A DNA stretch of 53,639 nucleotides from Bacilli bacterium. GTDB taxonomy: Bacteria; Bacillota_I; Bacilli_A; RF39; UBA660. The position numbers and the translations under genes are program-made. Positions 8,857-18,739 of this stretch are shown piece by piece. The notes below the pieces were generated by a model. That model was not told the DNA's origin, searched no databases, and saw nothing but the letters and a program-made list of their open reading frames with translations. The stretch spans positions 1-53,639 of the forward strand of contig JAGCSA010000018.1 of assembly GCA_017964405.1 (NCBI GenBank), given 5' to 3'. The stretch's first letter is position 1. Each line of letters opens with the position of its first letter.

Positions 8857-10440
8857 ATGAAGAAAGTTTTAAAAGGAATCTTGGTCCTATTGGTAGGAAT
8901 TCTATCCTTGAATATCAATACAAAAGCAGCAACAAATAGCTATTATATAAAATTAGATAGCTTAGAGATTTCTACTGATCAAAAGAATTATGAAAGTATC
9001 AAAGAGTATCAAACATTAGAAGAATTTTTAGAGGATTACAATGCCAATAAACTACCAAGTATCTATATAACAGATTTCTTATTTGATGGAGTATCTAGTG
9101 TAAAAACACCAGATCTAGATGATTTTATAGAAAATGATTCGAATGATACCAAGATTAAGACATTAGAAATCAAAGTAATCAATATCAATACACTAGGAAA
9201 TATAGAATTCACAGGAGAAATCAAAGGTGCCATGATTGGTGTGGATACAAACAATCAAAAAGGAAATATTAATATTATTTTAAATAATGCATCGATTGAT
9301 ACAGATTCTAAGAAAGCACCAGCAATCTTTATTTATAATCAAGATAAAAATGATACAGATTGTAAGGTTACCATTCAGACAAAAAAAGGAACAAAAAACT
9401 ACTTAGAAGGTGGAAAACTAAAGAAAGTCAGTTTAATTGGATCGGATGAATTAGAAAAATATAGTAGTTACTATACAGGAGATAGTCTCACAAATTATAC
9501 AAAGTATTCTGCTTATTATGGAATTTATACAAGTGAAGAAATTAAGAAAATCTTGTTCGCTACCGTTCAAGCAGATAATGAAGATTTACAAGATGGGGAT
9601 CCTTATTACTCCTATAAAGGAAGTGGAGCAATCAGTTCCGATATCGATCTATATTTTGAAGGAGAAGGATACTTAAAAGTAACCAGTAAAAATAAAGAAG
9701 GAATTGAAGGAAAAGGAAATATCACTTTTAGTGGAGGAACAGGAGATTACGAAATTATTTCACAAGATGATTGTATTAATACAACAACGGCATCTAGAAA
9801 TGGAACAACAGTAAGAAATGATTTAACAATCAATGTTCATTCTCTACTTGCCTCTGTTTCAACAGAAGCAGATGAAGGAGATGCTATCGATTCCAATGGA
9901 AAATTAATCATCAATGGAGGAACCATCTATGCATTTGCACATCCAACAAGTCAAGATGCAGGATTAGACTCTGGAAATGGAACATATATTAATGGAGGAA
10001 CCATTATCGCAACAGGAAATATGGCAGATCCAATCCAAAATGATTCCAAACAAAAATATATTTATGCAAGATTCAATCAACAAATAGCAGAGAATACACT
10101 CATTGTAATCAAAGATCAAAAAGAGAATATTGTTGCAGCCTTCCAAACATCTAGAACGATTCAAAATTTATTATTCAGTAGTTCTGATTTAAAAAATAAT
10201 ACCTATAAGATCTATACTGGAGGAACCATTGATGGAGAAGAAACAAATGGTTACTATACAAAGATCAATAGCTATACGGGAGGAGAAGAAATCTCTTATA
10301 GCACAATCAGTGGAAATCAAAATCAAATGAAATCAAGCAACAACGTGATACGAAATGCATTGTTCATAGAAATAGGAGCTCTAGTGATTGTATTAGTAGG
10401 AGCAATGATTCTTAAAAAACACGATAAGAAAAAGAGATAA
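8857..10440 (+). CDS. Cthe_2159-like (DUF4353) carbohydrate-binding beta-helix protein with C-terminal TM
   Basis: Signal peptide; repeats GDAIDSNGKLIINGGTI, DAGLDSGNGTYINGGTIIATG, DDCIN. Confidence 0.8.
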   Translation: MKKVLKGILVLLVGILSLNINTKAATNSYYIKLDSLEISTDQKNYESIKEYQTLEEFLEDYNANKLPSIYITDFLFDGVSSVKTPDLDDFIENDSNDTKIKTLEIKVININTLGNIEFTGEIKGAMIGVDTNNQKGNINIILNNASIDTDSKKAPAIFIYNQDKNDTDCKVTIQTKKGTKNYLEGGKLKKVSLIGSDELEKYSSYYTGDSLTNYTKYSAYYGIYTSEEIKKILFATVQADNEDLQDGDPYYSYKGSGAISSDIDLYFEGEGYLKVTSKNKEGIEGKGNITFSGGTGDYEIISQDDCINTTTASRNGTTVRNDLTINVHSLLASVSTEADEGDAIDSNGKLIINGGTIYAFAHPTSQDAGLDSGNGTYINGGTIIATGNMADPIQNDSKQKYIYARFNQQIAENTLIVIKDQKENIVAAFQTSRTIQNLLFSSSDLKNNTYKIYTGGTIDGEETNGYYTKINSYTGGEEISYSTISGNQNQMKSSNNVIRNALFIEIGALVIVLVGAMILKKHDKKKR

Positions 10441-10502
10441 ATTCCTTTGAATTTATCTTTTTTAGTGTATAATAAAACTATTGAATTAAGAGGAGGAATC
10501 AT

Positions 10503-11732
10503 ATGAAGAATTTAATCGTAGGACAATCGGGAGGACCAACATCTGTTATTAATGGTTCTTTAGCAGGAGTCTATGAAGAAGCAAAAAAACAAGGATTCGA
10601 TAAAGTATATGGAATGCTAAATGGAATAGAAGGATTATTACAAGATAGAATCATAGATCTAGATGAATATTTCCAAGATAAAAAGAATCTAGAATTATTA
10701 AAAAGAACTCCATCTAGCTTTTTAGGAAGTTGTCGTTTTAAACTTGGTAAAGTAGAAGAGCATGAAGAGAATTATAAAAAGGTATTTGAAGTATTAGAAA
10801 AACATTCGATTGATTCTATGATCTATATTGGAGGAAATGACTCCATGGATACGGTAGAATCTTTATCAGATTATGCCATTGCAAAGAAGAAAAAACAAAA
10901 CTTTATTGGAGTTCCTAAAACAATTGATAATGATTTACCAATTACCGATCATTGCCCTGGTTTTGGAAGTGCTTGTAAATATATTGCAACGACTTTAAAA
11001 GAAGTTATTTGTGATAATGCTGTTTATGGAGATACGAAAAAAACTGTAGCAATCGTAGAAATCATGGGAAGACATGCAGGATGGTTAACAGCATCAGCAG
11101 CCTTAGTAAAAGATGATACTTGTTGTGGAGTAGATGCTATCTACCTACCAGAAGTAGCATTCAATATCGATAACTTTGTAAAAGAAGTAGAAGAACTATT
11201 AAAGAAAAAATCCAATATTGTCATTGCTGTGTCAGAAGGAATTCGTACAGAAGATAGAGGATTTGTCTGTGAACTATTAGATACAAACTTACAAACAGAC
11301 TCTTTTGGTCATAAAGAATTAGTAGGATGTGCGGATGCTTTAGGTAGAATTCTAAGAGATAAATTAGGAGTAAAAGCAAGACCGATTACATTATCCACTC
11401 TACAAAGAGCAGCTGCTCATTTAGCATCAAAAACAGATTTAGAAGAAGCTATTGAATGTGGAAAAATGGGAGCAGCATTAGCCTATAAAGGAGAATCTGG
11501 TAAGATGGTCATTATGACAAGAGAACCAGGAAAGAAATATAAAATTAAATATGAAGTATTTGATGATATTCATAAGATTGCTAATGTAGAGAAAAAGATT
11601 CCATTAGAATGGATCGATGTAGAAAACAATAATGTAAAACAAGAATTAGTAGATTATTTAAAACCATTAATTCAAGGAGAAGTACAACCTATCTATAAAG
11701 ATGGTATTCCTCAACATATTACTCTAAAATAA
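10503..11732 (+). CDS. pfp: 6-phosphofructokinase, probably pyrophosphate-dependent
   Basis: GQSGGPT, GGNDSMD (Asp at the PPi-specificity position), PKTIDND, EIMGR. Confidence 0.9.
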   Translation: MKNLIVGQSGGPTSVINGSLAGVYEEAKKQGFDKVYGMLNGIEGLLQDRIIDLDEYFQDKKNLELLKRTPSSFLGSCRFKLGKVEEHEENYKKVFEVLEKHSIDSMIYIGGNDSMDTVESLSDYAIAKKKKQNFIGVPKTIDNDLPITDHCPGFGSACKYIATTLKEVICDNAVYGDTKKTVAIVEIMGRHAGWLTASAALVKDDTCCGVDAIYLPEVAFNIDNFVKEVEELLKKKSNIVIAVSEGIRTEDRGFVCELLDTNLQTDSFGHKELVGCADALGRILRDKLGVKARPITLSTLQRAAAHLASKTDLEEAIECGKMGAALAYKGESGKMVIMTREPGKKYKIKYEVFDDIHKIANVEKKIPLEWIDVENNNVKQELVDYLKPLIQGEVQPIYKDGIPQHITLK

Positions 11733-11733
11733 G

Positions 11734-11765
11734 AAAAAGCCAATTGGCTTTTTTTATGTTATAAT
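11734..11765 (+). promoter_or_regulatory. Terminator followed directly by an extended -10
   Basis: AAAAAGCC-aatt-GGCTTTTT then TGtTATAAT (11757-11765). Confidence 0.7.
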
Positions 11766-11780
11766 GAATAAGGTGATACT

Positions 11781-12743
11781 ATGGATAAGAAAGTATGGAG
11801 ATTTTTAAAATATTATGGATTATTTTTCCTATTCTTTGGAATTTTATTTACTTTGATGATGGTTACCGATATATTAAATGATTGGATTGCCATGATTATT
11901 TATTTTATTGCTATCATAGGATCTATCTATGTAGGATCTGGATTAAAAGATTTATATGAAGAAGATCCAAGAATGACGTTAATTGTATCGACCTTTGTCG
12001 CTGTTTTAACAGTTCTAAGTACGATTATTTTATTTTTAATCGATATAAAAGATCCCATGTTCATAGTAATGGTAATTGTCATGGTCATGATTCTCCTATC
12101 TCCTTATATTAACTTTTTCTCAGATAAACACACACTAAAGAAGGGAATTCCGGAAGGAGAAAAAGAAATAGAAGCAAAAGAGGTAGAAGTTAAACCAGTA
12201 CGTGTTCCACCAACAAAACCTCCTAAGATAGAACCAGTCTATGATCAAAAAATGACATTATTTTTAAAAACATCATTAAATGAGGAATACTCAAAAGAAA
12301 TTCTTTATACCACGAATATGGAAAGTGTAAGAGAATTAACAGTTAAAGAATCTCATAGTCTATTAAAATTAATTCATTTCACAGGAGATTCAATCGATGA
12401 ACTAACAGAATTATATGAAAATAGTGCTATCTATGGAGATACGGATTCTGACATGGGACCATACATTGTCATCAACAACAATCACATCTTTATTTTAGAA
12501 TTTGATGAAGAAGAATGTATCTATTTTGAACCAGAAGATATGAAAGAAGCACATGTAGTAGTGGAAGTAGAAGGAGAAGAAGAAGATGCCTTTCGAATGG
12601 GTATCGCAGAAATCACCTTAAAAGATGATTCAAAAGTGAGTGTTAATTGTTTCTCAGAAGGACAAGCAGATGAGGAAGTCGAGCTATTGAAGGACTTAAA
12701 TCCAGACATAGAAGTAGGAGAAAAAATAATAACAGAATTTTAA
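11781..12743 (+). CDS. Hypothetical protein, about 4 N-terminal TM helices plus acidic soluble domain
   Basis: Hydropathy pattern; AAGGTGA RBS. Confidence 0.7.
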   Translation: MDKKVWRFLKYYGLFFLFFGILFTLMMVTDILNDWIAMIIYFIAIIGSIYVGSGLKDLYEEDPRMTLIVSTFVAVLTVLSTIILFLIDIKDPMFIVMVIVMVMILLSPYINFFSDKHTLKKGIPEGEKEIEAKEVEVKPVRVPPTKPPKIEPVYDQKMTLFLKTSLNEEYSKEILYTTNMESVRELTVKESHSLLKLIHFTGDSIDELTELYENSAIYGDTDSDMGPYIVINNNHIFILEFDEEECIYFEPEDMKEAHVVVEVEGEEEDAFRMGIAEITLKDDSKVSVNCFSEGQADEEVELLKDLNPDIEVGEKIITEF

Positions 12744-12761
12744 AAATAGGAGGGTTCTCAT

Positions 12762-13418
12762 ATGGAAATGATTGAAATCGATGGATTATCAATTGATCAA
12801 AATACATTTTCTTTTTCTACGTTAAGTCATGCAATTGATATTGAAGTAGAAGGAAGGAAAAGAAAAATTCATAGTACAGTATCTGTACAAGACAATCATT
12901 TAAAGAAAGAATCCTTTTCATTTGATTCTCTAGAAGATGCTTTAGAGTTTGCACAAAAGAGAATTCCAAGGAATACAACGAATGAAGAAATTGTGAATCA
13001 ATATATAAAATGGTTAGAAGAAAGAAAACCAGTCACAATAGAACCAGAAGAAATGATCTTATCAAAACAAGAAATATGTGAAGAGATTGCGAACTTCTTC
13101 GGGCAATATAGAAAAGATAAAATAGAAGCCATCGCAAAAGTAAGTTTAGAAATGGGAGAAGCCGTTGTTCGATTCTATATGGTAGAGCACTTACGATATG
13201 ATGGTATTCATAAAGATATCAAAAGTATGTTAACAAATTCAGATATAGAAAGAGTTCTCAAGTTCTATGCAGAAACAGAAGACTGTGATTTATTGGATTA
13301 TGAATATATAAAAGGAGTAAAAGAGACTCTCAAAAGAAAAAGACCTTATTTTGAAGGAATGAAATTACTAGTAAAATCAAATAATAAAGTATTTGAAAAA
13401 CAAAGAGAATCCGAATAG
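12762..13418 (+). CDS. Hypothetical soluble protein
   Basis: GGAGG RBS; no recognised motif. Confidence 0.65.
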   Translation: MEMIEIDGLSIDQNTFSFSTLSHAIDIEVEGRKRKIHSTVSVQDNHLKKESFSFDSLEDALEFAQKRIPRNTTNEEIVNQYIKWLEERKPVTIEPEEMILSKQEICEEIANFFGQYRKDKIEAIAKVSLEMGEAVVRFYMVEHLRYDGIHKDIKSMLTNSDIERVLKFYAETEDCDLLDYEYIKGVKETLKRKRPYFEGMKLLVKSNNKVFEKQRESE

Positions 13419-13456
13419 ATTCTCTTTTCTATGCTATAATAAACCCAGGTGATATT

Positions 13457-14008
13457 ATGAGAAAAAAAGAAATAGAAAAAAGAACAAAATTCACAACCAA
13501 CACTTATATGAAAGAAGCAATGGATTATGATATTGTGATTGTGAAAGAGAATGAACTTTTTATCACAATCAAAAAATATAAGAAAATGAATGGAAAATTT
13601 ACCCTACCAGGTCCAAATAACTCTACACTTGATTATATTGATGAAGGTTTCTTTGTAGTAGAATATACTCCATTGAAAGAACACTATAATATTCGTTTCT
13701 ATGTAGATAAAAATAGAAAATTATTAGATTACTATATCGATATTACTTATCAAAATGGAGAAAAGTATAAATTACCATATTATGTAGATTTATACTTAGA
13801 TATTGTCCATAATCCAAGAACAGATGAAATTACTTTCTGTGATGAAGACGAATTAGAAGAAGCCTATCGATCTCATAAGATTAGTAAAAAAGATTATGAA
13901 ATGGCCTATCGTATAGGTAACAAACTATTAAAGAAAGTAACAGAAAAGAAAAATACTTATGTAAATAGAAATGTATTAGAAGATATTAACAAGTATTTTT
14001 CAAAATAA
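13457..14008 (+). CDS. DUF402-family protein
   Basis: YYIDIT...YVDLYLDIV...DEDELEEA motif. Confidence 0.85.
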   Translation: MRKKEIEKRTKFTTNTYMKEAMDYDIVIVKENELFITIKKYKKMNGKFTLPGPNNSTLDYIDEGFFVVEYTPLKEHYNIRFYVDKNRKLLDYYIDITYQNGEKYKLPYYVDLYLDIVHNPRTDEITFCDEDELEEAYRSHKISKKDYEMAYRIGNKLLKKVTEKKNTYVNRNVLEDINKYFSK

Positions 14009-14064
14009 AAAGAGCTCCCATGGGGAGCTTTTATCATAAAAGAAATAGAAAGTATTTCTACTTT

Positions 14065-14571
14065 CTATTTTTTAATTGAAAAAATTCCGTTTTCATCTAC
14101 TTTAGCATCTTTGTCATATTTGGCACTACCAAATGCTAAAATAGGTAAACCAATAACTGGGAAAATGGTATTGAATACTGCAAAGCCATTTGTTTTTCCA
14201 AACTTCTTAGCTAAGTTGAAGTTATAGTTAAATGAAGTTAAAACTAATGCCATATATACAACAAAGTTTGTTTCTTCCATATAACTAAATAAACCAGTAA
14301 TGATGATGAAGATTAGGAACCACCACCATCCTAAACCAGTGATCTTTGTTTCAACCCAAGAATTGTATAGTGGAATAAGACCCTTCCACCAAGCTTCTCC
14401 TGCTTTCTTAAAGATTTTGCAGTTAGCAATAAGAACTAAGATAACTAGTCCTAAAGCAATTAGTGCTAAAAATGCAACTAAAATAATAACCGCAACACTA
14501 GCTCCACTTAACCAACTTTCCGTTACTTCTGGTTCACTAATAAGATAGTTATTGTAAGTATCTAATAACAT
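14065..14571 (-). CDS. DUF5684-like membrane protein
   Basis: KIFKKAGEAWWKGLIPLYN...LAKKFGKTNGF...ILAFG; ATG 14571 after AGGAGGAG. Confidence 0.8.
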   Translation of the reverse strand: MLLDTYNNYLISEPEVTESWLSGASVAVIILVAFLALIALGLVILVLIANCKIFKKAGEAWWKGLIPLYNSWVETKITGLGWWWFLIFIIITGLFSYMEETNFVVYMALVLTSFNYNFNLAKKFGKTNGFAVFNTIFPVIGLPILAFGSAKYDKDAKVDENGIFSIKK

Positions 14572-14701
14572 AGTACTCCTCCTTCTGATTATAGTATGCC
14601 ACTTTTTGGACAAAAAATCAATTTCAAATGACAATTTCATTGAGAAAATGTTTCATTCATTCATCGATATGATATAATGGGTACAGATAATAGAGGAGCG
14701 A

Positions 14702-15769
14702 GTGTCTGTGGGAAAAGAAAATCAAAGAGAAGGGTTCATCGTAAAGGAACCACAATGCTTATATGGACCTCCTCAAATGCTGGGAATCAAAGAACCAGAA
14801 AAAAAGGAAAAAGAGAGGAATGATCAAATGAAATGCGTGAATTGTGGAGCAGAAATTGAAAAAGATTCCACATTCTGTACGAATTGTGGAGCACAATTAA
14901 AACCAGGAGAACCAGTAGTGGTAGAAGAAAAACCAGAAGAGACAACCCCAGCAACGCAACCACCAACGATTGTACCAGCTACTCCTGTTGTACCAGCACA
15001 ACCACAAAAATCAAGTAATGCAGCCTTAATCATTGTATTAGTAGTAATTGGTGTATTATTTTTTGTGGTAATTGGAGGAATTGTTGTTACAACGAAAGTC
15101 ATCATTCCTGCTATCAACAATATAGACGTTGATAAAGAATTCGAAGAAGAAGTTATTAAAACCGTTACAACTCCAAATGGAAAGGAATCGGTTATTAAAA
15201 CAGATAAGTATAATGTAGTAACGGTTGATACACAATATTTATATGAAGAAGCATCTGCTATGGAAGAAGATGCCAAAGTCATTTCTGCAACAGAGATTGA
15301 AGAATTAGAGGCAACCAATGCTCAAAAAGAAGCACTAAGAAAAGTAAGAACCGTAATTAGTTATGGGGCTTATAGTGAAAAAGGATTAAGAGAAAGATTA
15401 AAAGATGATTTTGCAAAAAAAGATATTGATTATGCCATAGAACATTGCCAAGTAGATTGGGATGAACAAGCTTTGATTGAAGCCTATATTACAATGAGTA
15501 TTGGAGGATCATCGAAAAAAGAAGCCATTGATTTCTTAGTATATGAAGGATTTGATGAGAAGATGGCAACAGCAGCAGTAGAAAAAGGAGACTTTGATTA
15601 TTATGAACAAGCTCTTTATGAAGCATGCTTCTACCGTTATGCTATGAGTAAATACAGTGAATATGACAAAGAAAAAGTAAAAGACAGACTAGAAGAACAA
15701 GGATTCACTCCAGAAGAAATTGATTATGCTGTAACAGAAATCTATGACAAATTAGATTATAAGAAATAA
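14702..15769 (+). CDS. Zinc-ribbon, TM and Ltp-like repeat membrane protein
   Basis: CVNCG...FCTNCG; TM; three repeats of the form S.K.L...L..(EG)F....IDYA....DW.EQA; second RBS and ATG at 14828. Confidence 0.7.
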   Translation: MSVGKENQREGFIVKEPQCLYGPPQMLGIKEPEKKEKERNDQMKCVNCGAEIEKDSTFCTNCGAQLKPGEPVVVEEKPEETTPATQPPTIVPATPVVPAQPQKSSNAALIIVLVVIGVLFFVVIGGIVVTTKVIIPAINNIDVDKEFEEEVIKTVTTPNGKESVIKTDKYNVVTVDTQYLYEEASAMEEDAKVISATEIEELEATNAQKEALRKVRTVISYGAYSEKGLRERLKDDFAKKDIDYAIEHCQVDWDEQALIEAYITMSIGGSSKKEAIDFLVYEGFDEKMATAAVEKGDFDYYEQALYEACFYRYAMSKYSEYDKEKVKDRLEEQGFTPEEIDYAVTEIYDKLDYKK

Positions 15770-15783
15770 AAAGAGGTGTCAGA

Positions 15784-16623
15784 ATGTATAAAATACTAAA
15801 AAATGAAAAAATTAGTCCGAATTCCTATTTAATGGAAGTAGTTGCACCCGAAGCAATCCGGAATGCATTACCAGGACAATTTGTAATTGTAATGGGAAAA
15901 GAAGATAGTGAAAGAATTCCTCTTACCATTTATGATTATGATACAAACAAAGGAATTCTATCCTTAATCTATCAAGTAATTGGAGCATCTACAGAAGAAT
16001 TATCTACCTTAACTGATGAAATATTCGCAGTAGTAGGACCGTTAGGAAAACCAAATGAAATCTGTGCCAATCCTAATGAGTTTAAAGGAAAAAGAATTAT
16101 ATATGTAGCAGGAGGAGTAGGAATTGCACCTGTATATCCACAAGTAAAATATCTAAAATCAAAAGGATTTGATATTGATATTATCTATGGATCAAGAGAA
16201 AAAGATTTATTATTAATTCGAGATAAAGCAGAAGATGTTGCTAGAAAAGTATTCTATACAACAGATGATGGTTCCTTCGGAGAACAAGGTTTTGTAACAA
16301 CTGTTCTAGAAAGAGAAATTCATAATTATGACATCTGTGTTGCAATAGGACCTGTTATCATGATGAAAAATGTGGCAGATGTTACCAGAAAATATAATAT
16401 GAAAACCATCGTCAGTATGAATCCATTAATGGTAGACGGAAGTGGAATGTGCGGAGCTTGCAGATGTGAAATAGAAGGAAAACCAAAATTTGCTTGTATT
16501 GATGGACCAGAGTTTGATGGACATCAAGTAAATTATGAATTAGCAATGAAAAGAATGAACATCTATAAAGAAGAAGAAAAAGAAAAATGGGAACAAATGA
16601 AGAAGTCCCTTGGAAAGCATTAG
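15784..16623 (+). CDS. nfnA: NfnA/SudB-type ferredoxin-NADP+ reductase subunit
   Basis: PGQFVI, ERIPLTI, AGGVGIAP, MVDGSGMCGACRC...ACIDGPEF. Confidence 0.88.
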   Translation: MYKILKNEKISPNSYLMEVVAPEAIRNALPGQFVIVMGKEDSERIPLTIYDYDTNKGILSLIYQVIGASTEELSTLTDEIFAVVGPLGKPNEICANPNEFKGKRIIYVAGGVGIAPVYPQVKYLKSKGFDIDIIYGSREKDLLLIRDKAEDVARKVFYTTDDGSFGEQGFVTTVLEREIHNYDICVAIGPVIMMKNVADVTRKYNMKTIVSMNPLMVDGSGMCGACRCEIEGKPKFACIDGPEFDGHQVNYELAMKRMNIYKEEEKEKWEQMKKSLGKH

Positions 16624-16634
16624 GAGGTGTTATC

Positions 16635-18005
16635 ATGAATGAAGAAAGAGTAAAAATGAAAGCACAAGATCCGAATGTAAGAAATAAGAATTTTGAAGAA
16701 GTAGAATTAGGATTTACCAAAGAAGAAGCATTAAAAGAAGCTTCTCGTTGCTTACATTGTAAGATTCCAAAATGTGTAGAGGGATGTCCTGTTAATATTA
16801 TGATTCCAGAATTTATCGCTGCTTTAAAAGAAGATGATGTAAAAAAAGCATACGATGTCATCAGTGAAACATCTTCTCTGCCAGCTATCTGTGGAAGAGT
16901 TTGTCCACAAGAAAAACAGTGTGAATCAAAATGTGTAAGAGGATTAAAAGGAGAAGCCGTTGCAATTGGATCCTTAGAGAGATATGTAGCAGATGAAGCT
17001 ATTAAAAATAACTTCACAACGATTATTAAAGTTCCAAAAAATAAAGTAACGGTTGCGATTGTAGGAAGTGGACCAGCAGGTCTTACTTGTGCAGGAGATC
17101 TTGCAAAAGCAGGATTTGAAGTAACGATCTTTGAAGTACTTCATAAAGCAGGAGGAGTTCTAACCTATGGAATTCCAGAATTTAGACTTCCAAAATCCAT
17201 TGTAGAAAACCAAGTAAAAAGCCTAAAGAAACTAGGGGTAAGAATTAGAACCAATATTCCTGTTGGAAATGCCATTACCCTAGATAATTTACAACAAGAA
17301 TTTGATGCAGTCTTTGTAGGAACAGGAGCAGGTCTTCCAAAATTCATGGGAATTGAAGGAGAAGATGCAGATGGTGTATTCTCTGCGAATGAAATCCTAA
17401 CAAGAATCAATTTGATGGGTGGATTTAGAGAAGATGCAAAAACTCCGATTAAACATGCAAAAAAGGCCTATGTTATCGGTGGTGGAAATGTCGCAATGGA
17501 TGCCGTTCGATGCCTAAAAAGATTAGGAGTAGATGCCCATATCATGTATCGTAGAGGAGAAGATGAATTACCTGCTAGACAAATGGAAGTTCATCATGCA
17601 AAAGAAGAAGGAGTTCAATTTGATCTTCTACAAAATCCAGTTAGAATACTAGTCGATGAACAAAATAATGTAACTGGTATGGAAGTAGTAAACATGGAAT
17701 TAACAGAACCAGGAGAAGATGGAAGAAGAAGTGTGAGAGAAGTAGAAGGTTCTAACCATGTAGTAGAATGTGATATGGTAGTTATGGCATTAGGTACAGG
17801 ACCAAACCATGAAGCCTTAAAAGGAAGCAATATTGTTCTAACAGAAAAGAATTTAATTCAAGTAGATGAAAATGGTACCAAAACTTCTCTTGATAATGTG
17901 TATGCAGGAGGAGATGCCGTAACAGGAGCTGCTACCGTAATTCTAGCAATGGAAGCAGGTAAAAAAGCAGCAAAAGAAATCATTGAACGTTTTAAAACAG
18001 TATAA
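16635..18005 (+). CDS. nfnB: NfnB/SudA (GltD-like) NADPH-dependent subunit
   Basis: EASRCLHC..PKCVEGCPV, ICGRVCPQEKQCE, GSGPAGL, GGGNVAMD; directly follows nfnA; ATG 16635 after GGAGG. Confidence 0.88.
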   Translation: MNEERVKMKAQDPNVRNKNFEEVELGFTKEEALKEASRCLHCKIPKCVEGCPVNIMIPEFIAALKEDDVKKAYDVISETSSLPAICGRVCPQEKQCESKCVRGLKGEAVAIGSLERYVADEAIKNNFTTIIKVPKNKVTVAIVGSGPAGLTCAGDLAKAGFEVTIFEVLHKAGGVLTYGIPEFRLPKSIVENQVKSLKKLGVRIRTNIPVGNAITLDNLQQEFDAVFVGTGAGLPKFMGIEGEDADGVFSANEILTRINLMGGFREDAKTPIKHAKKAYVIGGGNVAMDAVRCLKRLGVDAHIMYRRGEDELPARQMEVHHAKEEGVQFDLLQNPVRILVDEQNNVTGMEVVNMELTEPGEDGRRSVREVEGSNHVVECDMVVMALGTGPNHEALKGSNIVLTEKNLIQVDENGTKTSLDNVYAGGDAVTGAATVILAMEAGKKAAKEIIERFKTV

Positions 18006-18034
18006 TTATTGTAAAGAATTGTAAAACACTAGAG

Positions 18035-18070
18035 AAGCATCCCCAAAGGATGTTTTTTTAATGATATAAT
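18035..18070 (+). promoter_or_regulatory. Terminator followed by the extended -10 of the WXG100-like locus
   Basis: AAGCATCC-ccaaa-GGATGTTT plus T-tract, then TGaTATAAT (18062-18070). Confidence 0.7.
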
Positions 18071-18131
18071 GATGATAAGCAAGGATTGTCTTGCACGAGA
18101 GAAAAGGAAAAAATGAAAGGTGGTGAAGATA

Positions 18132-18425
18132 ATGCCAGCAGGAGTTAGTGTTAACGGACCAGAATTATTAAACACAGTTTCAAAAACAAGAGAAAATAAA
18201 GATGAATTCGAAAAATTATATGAAGAGATTTATGCTTTAGTAGAAAAAGAATTAGATGTAGACTTTTCTCAAGAAGGAAAAGCATGGACAGGAGTAAAAG
18301 CAGGTCAATTCAAAACAAACTTTAATAATATTAAAGGAGACTTCATTTTAGCAAGAGATACCATTGAGAAAGAGGCAACTCACTTAGAGGATGAAGTTAA
18401 AACATGGACTGCATTTGATGCATAA
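18132..18425 (+). CDS. WXG100-like protein
   Basis: 97 aa, helical, central AWTGVKAGQF turn, C-terminal WTAFD. Confidence 0.72.
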   Translation: MPAGVSVNGPELLNTVSKTRENKDEFEKLYEEIYALVEKELDVDFSQEGKAWTGVKAGQFKTNFNNIKGDFILARDTIEKEATHLEDEVKTWTAFDA

Positions 18426-18451
18426 AAATAAATATATAAAGGAGTGATAAT

Positions 18452-18739
18452 ATGGCAGTTGAAGCTTATATTGATTATGAAAGAATGATCGATTTAGTTG
18501 ATACCGTTCAAGAAAAAGCGGATAGAATTAATATCATTTTTGATACAGAAATCTTACAAAATAGAGTAAAAGAAATCAGAGAATTCTATTCAGGTGAAGC
18601 TGCAACATCATACGAAACAGAAATTAAGACGGTTACAAAGAAAGTACAAGAAGATATTCAAAAATTAGTAACGGATTTAAGAACAGAAGCAACAAGACAA
18701 AAAGAAGCTTGGGAAAGTCAAGATTCTAAATTGGCATAA
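18452..18739 (+). CDS. WXG100-like protein (YxG variant)
   Basis: 95 aa, helical, central FYSGEAATSY, C-terminal WESQD. Confidence 0.7.
   Translation: MAVEAYIDYERMIDLVDTVQEKADRINIIFDTEILQNRVKEIREFYSGEAATSYETEIKTVTKKVQEDIQKLVTDLRTEATRQKEAWESQDSKLA

Noticed and set aside
16635-18005. Glutamate synthase
   Set aside because: No large subunit in the window; pairing with the NfnA-type gene indicates NfnAB
18008-18025. ATTGTAAA direct repeat (and AAAATAGTGC twice near 23614-23633)
   Set aside because: Only two short AT-rich copies located upstream of terminators; not distinguishable from chance
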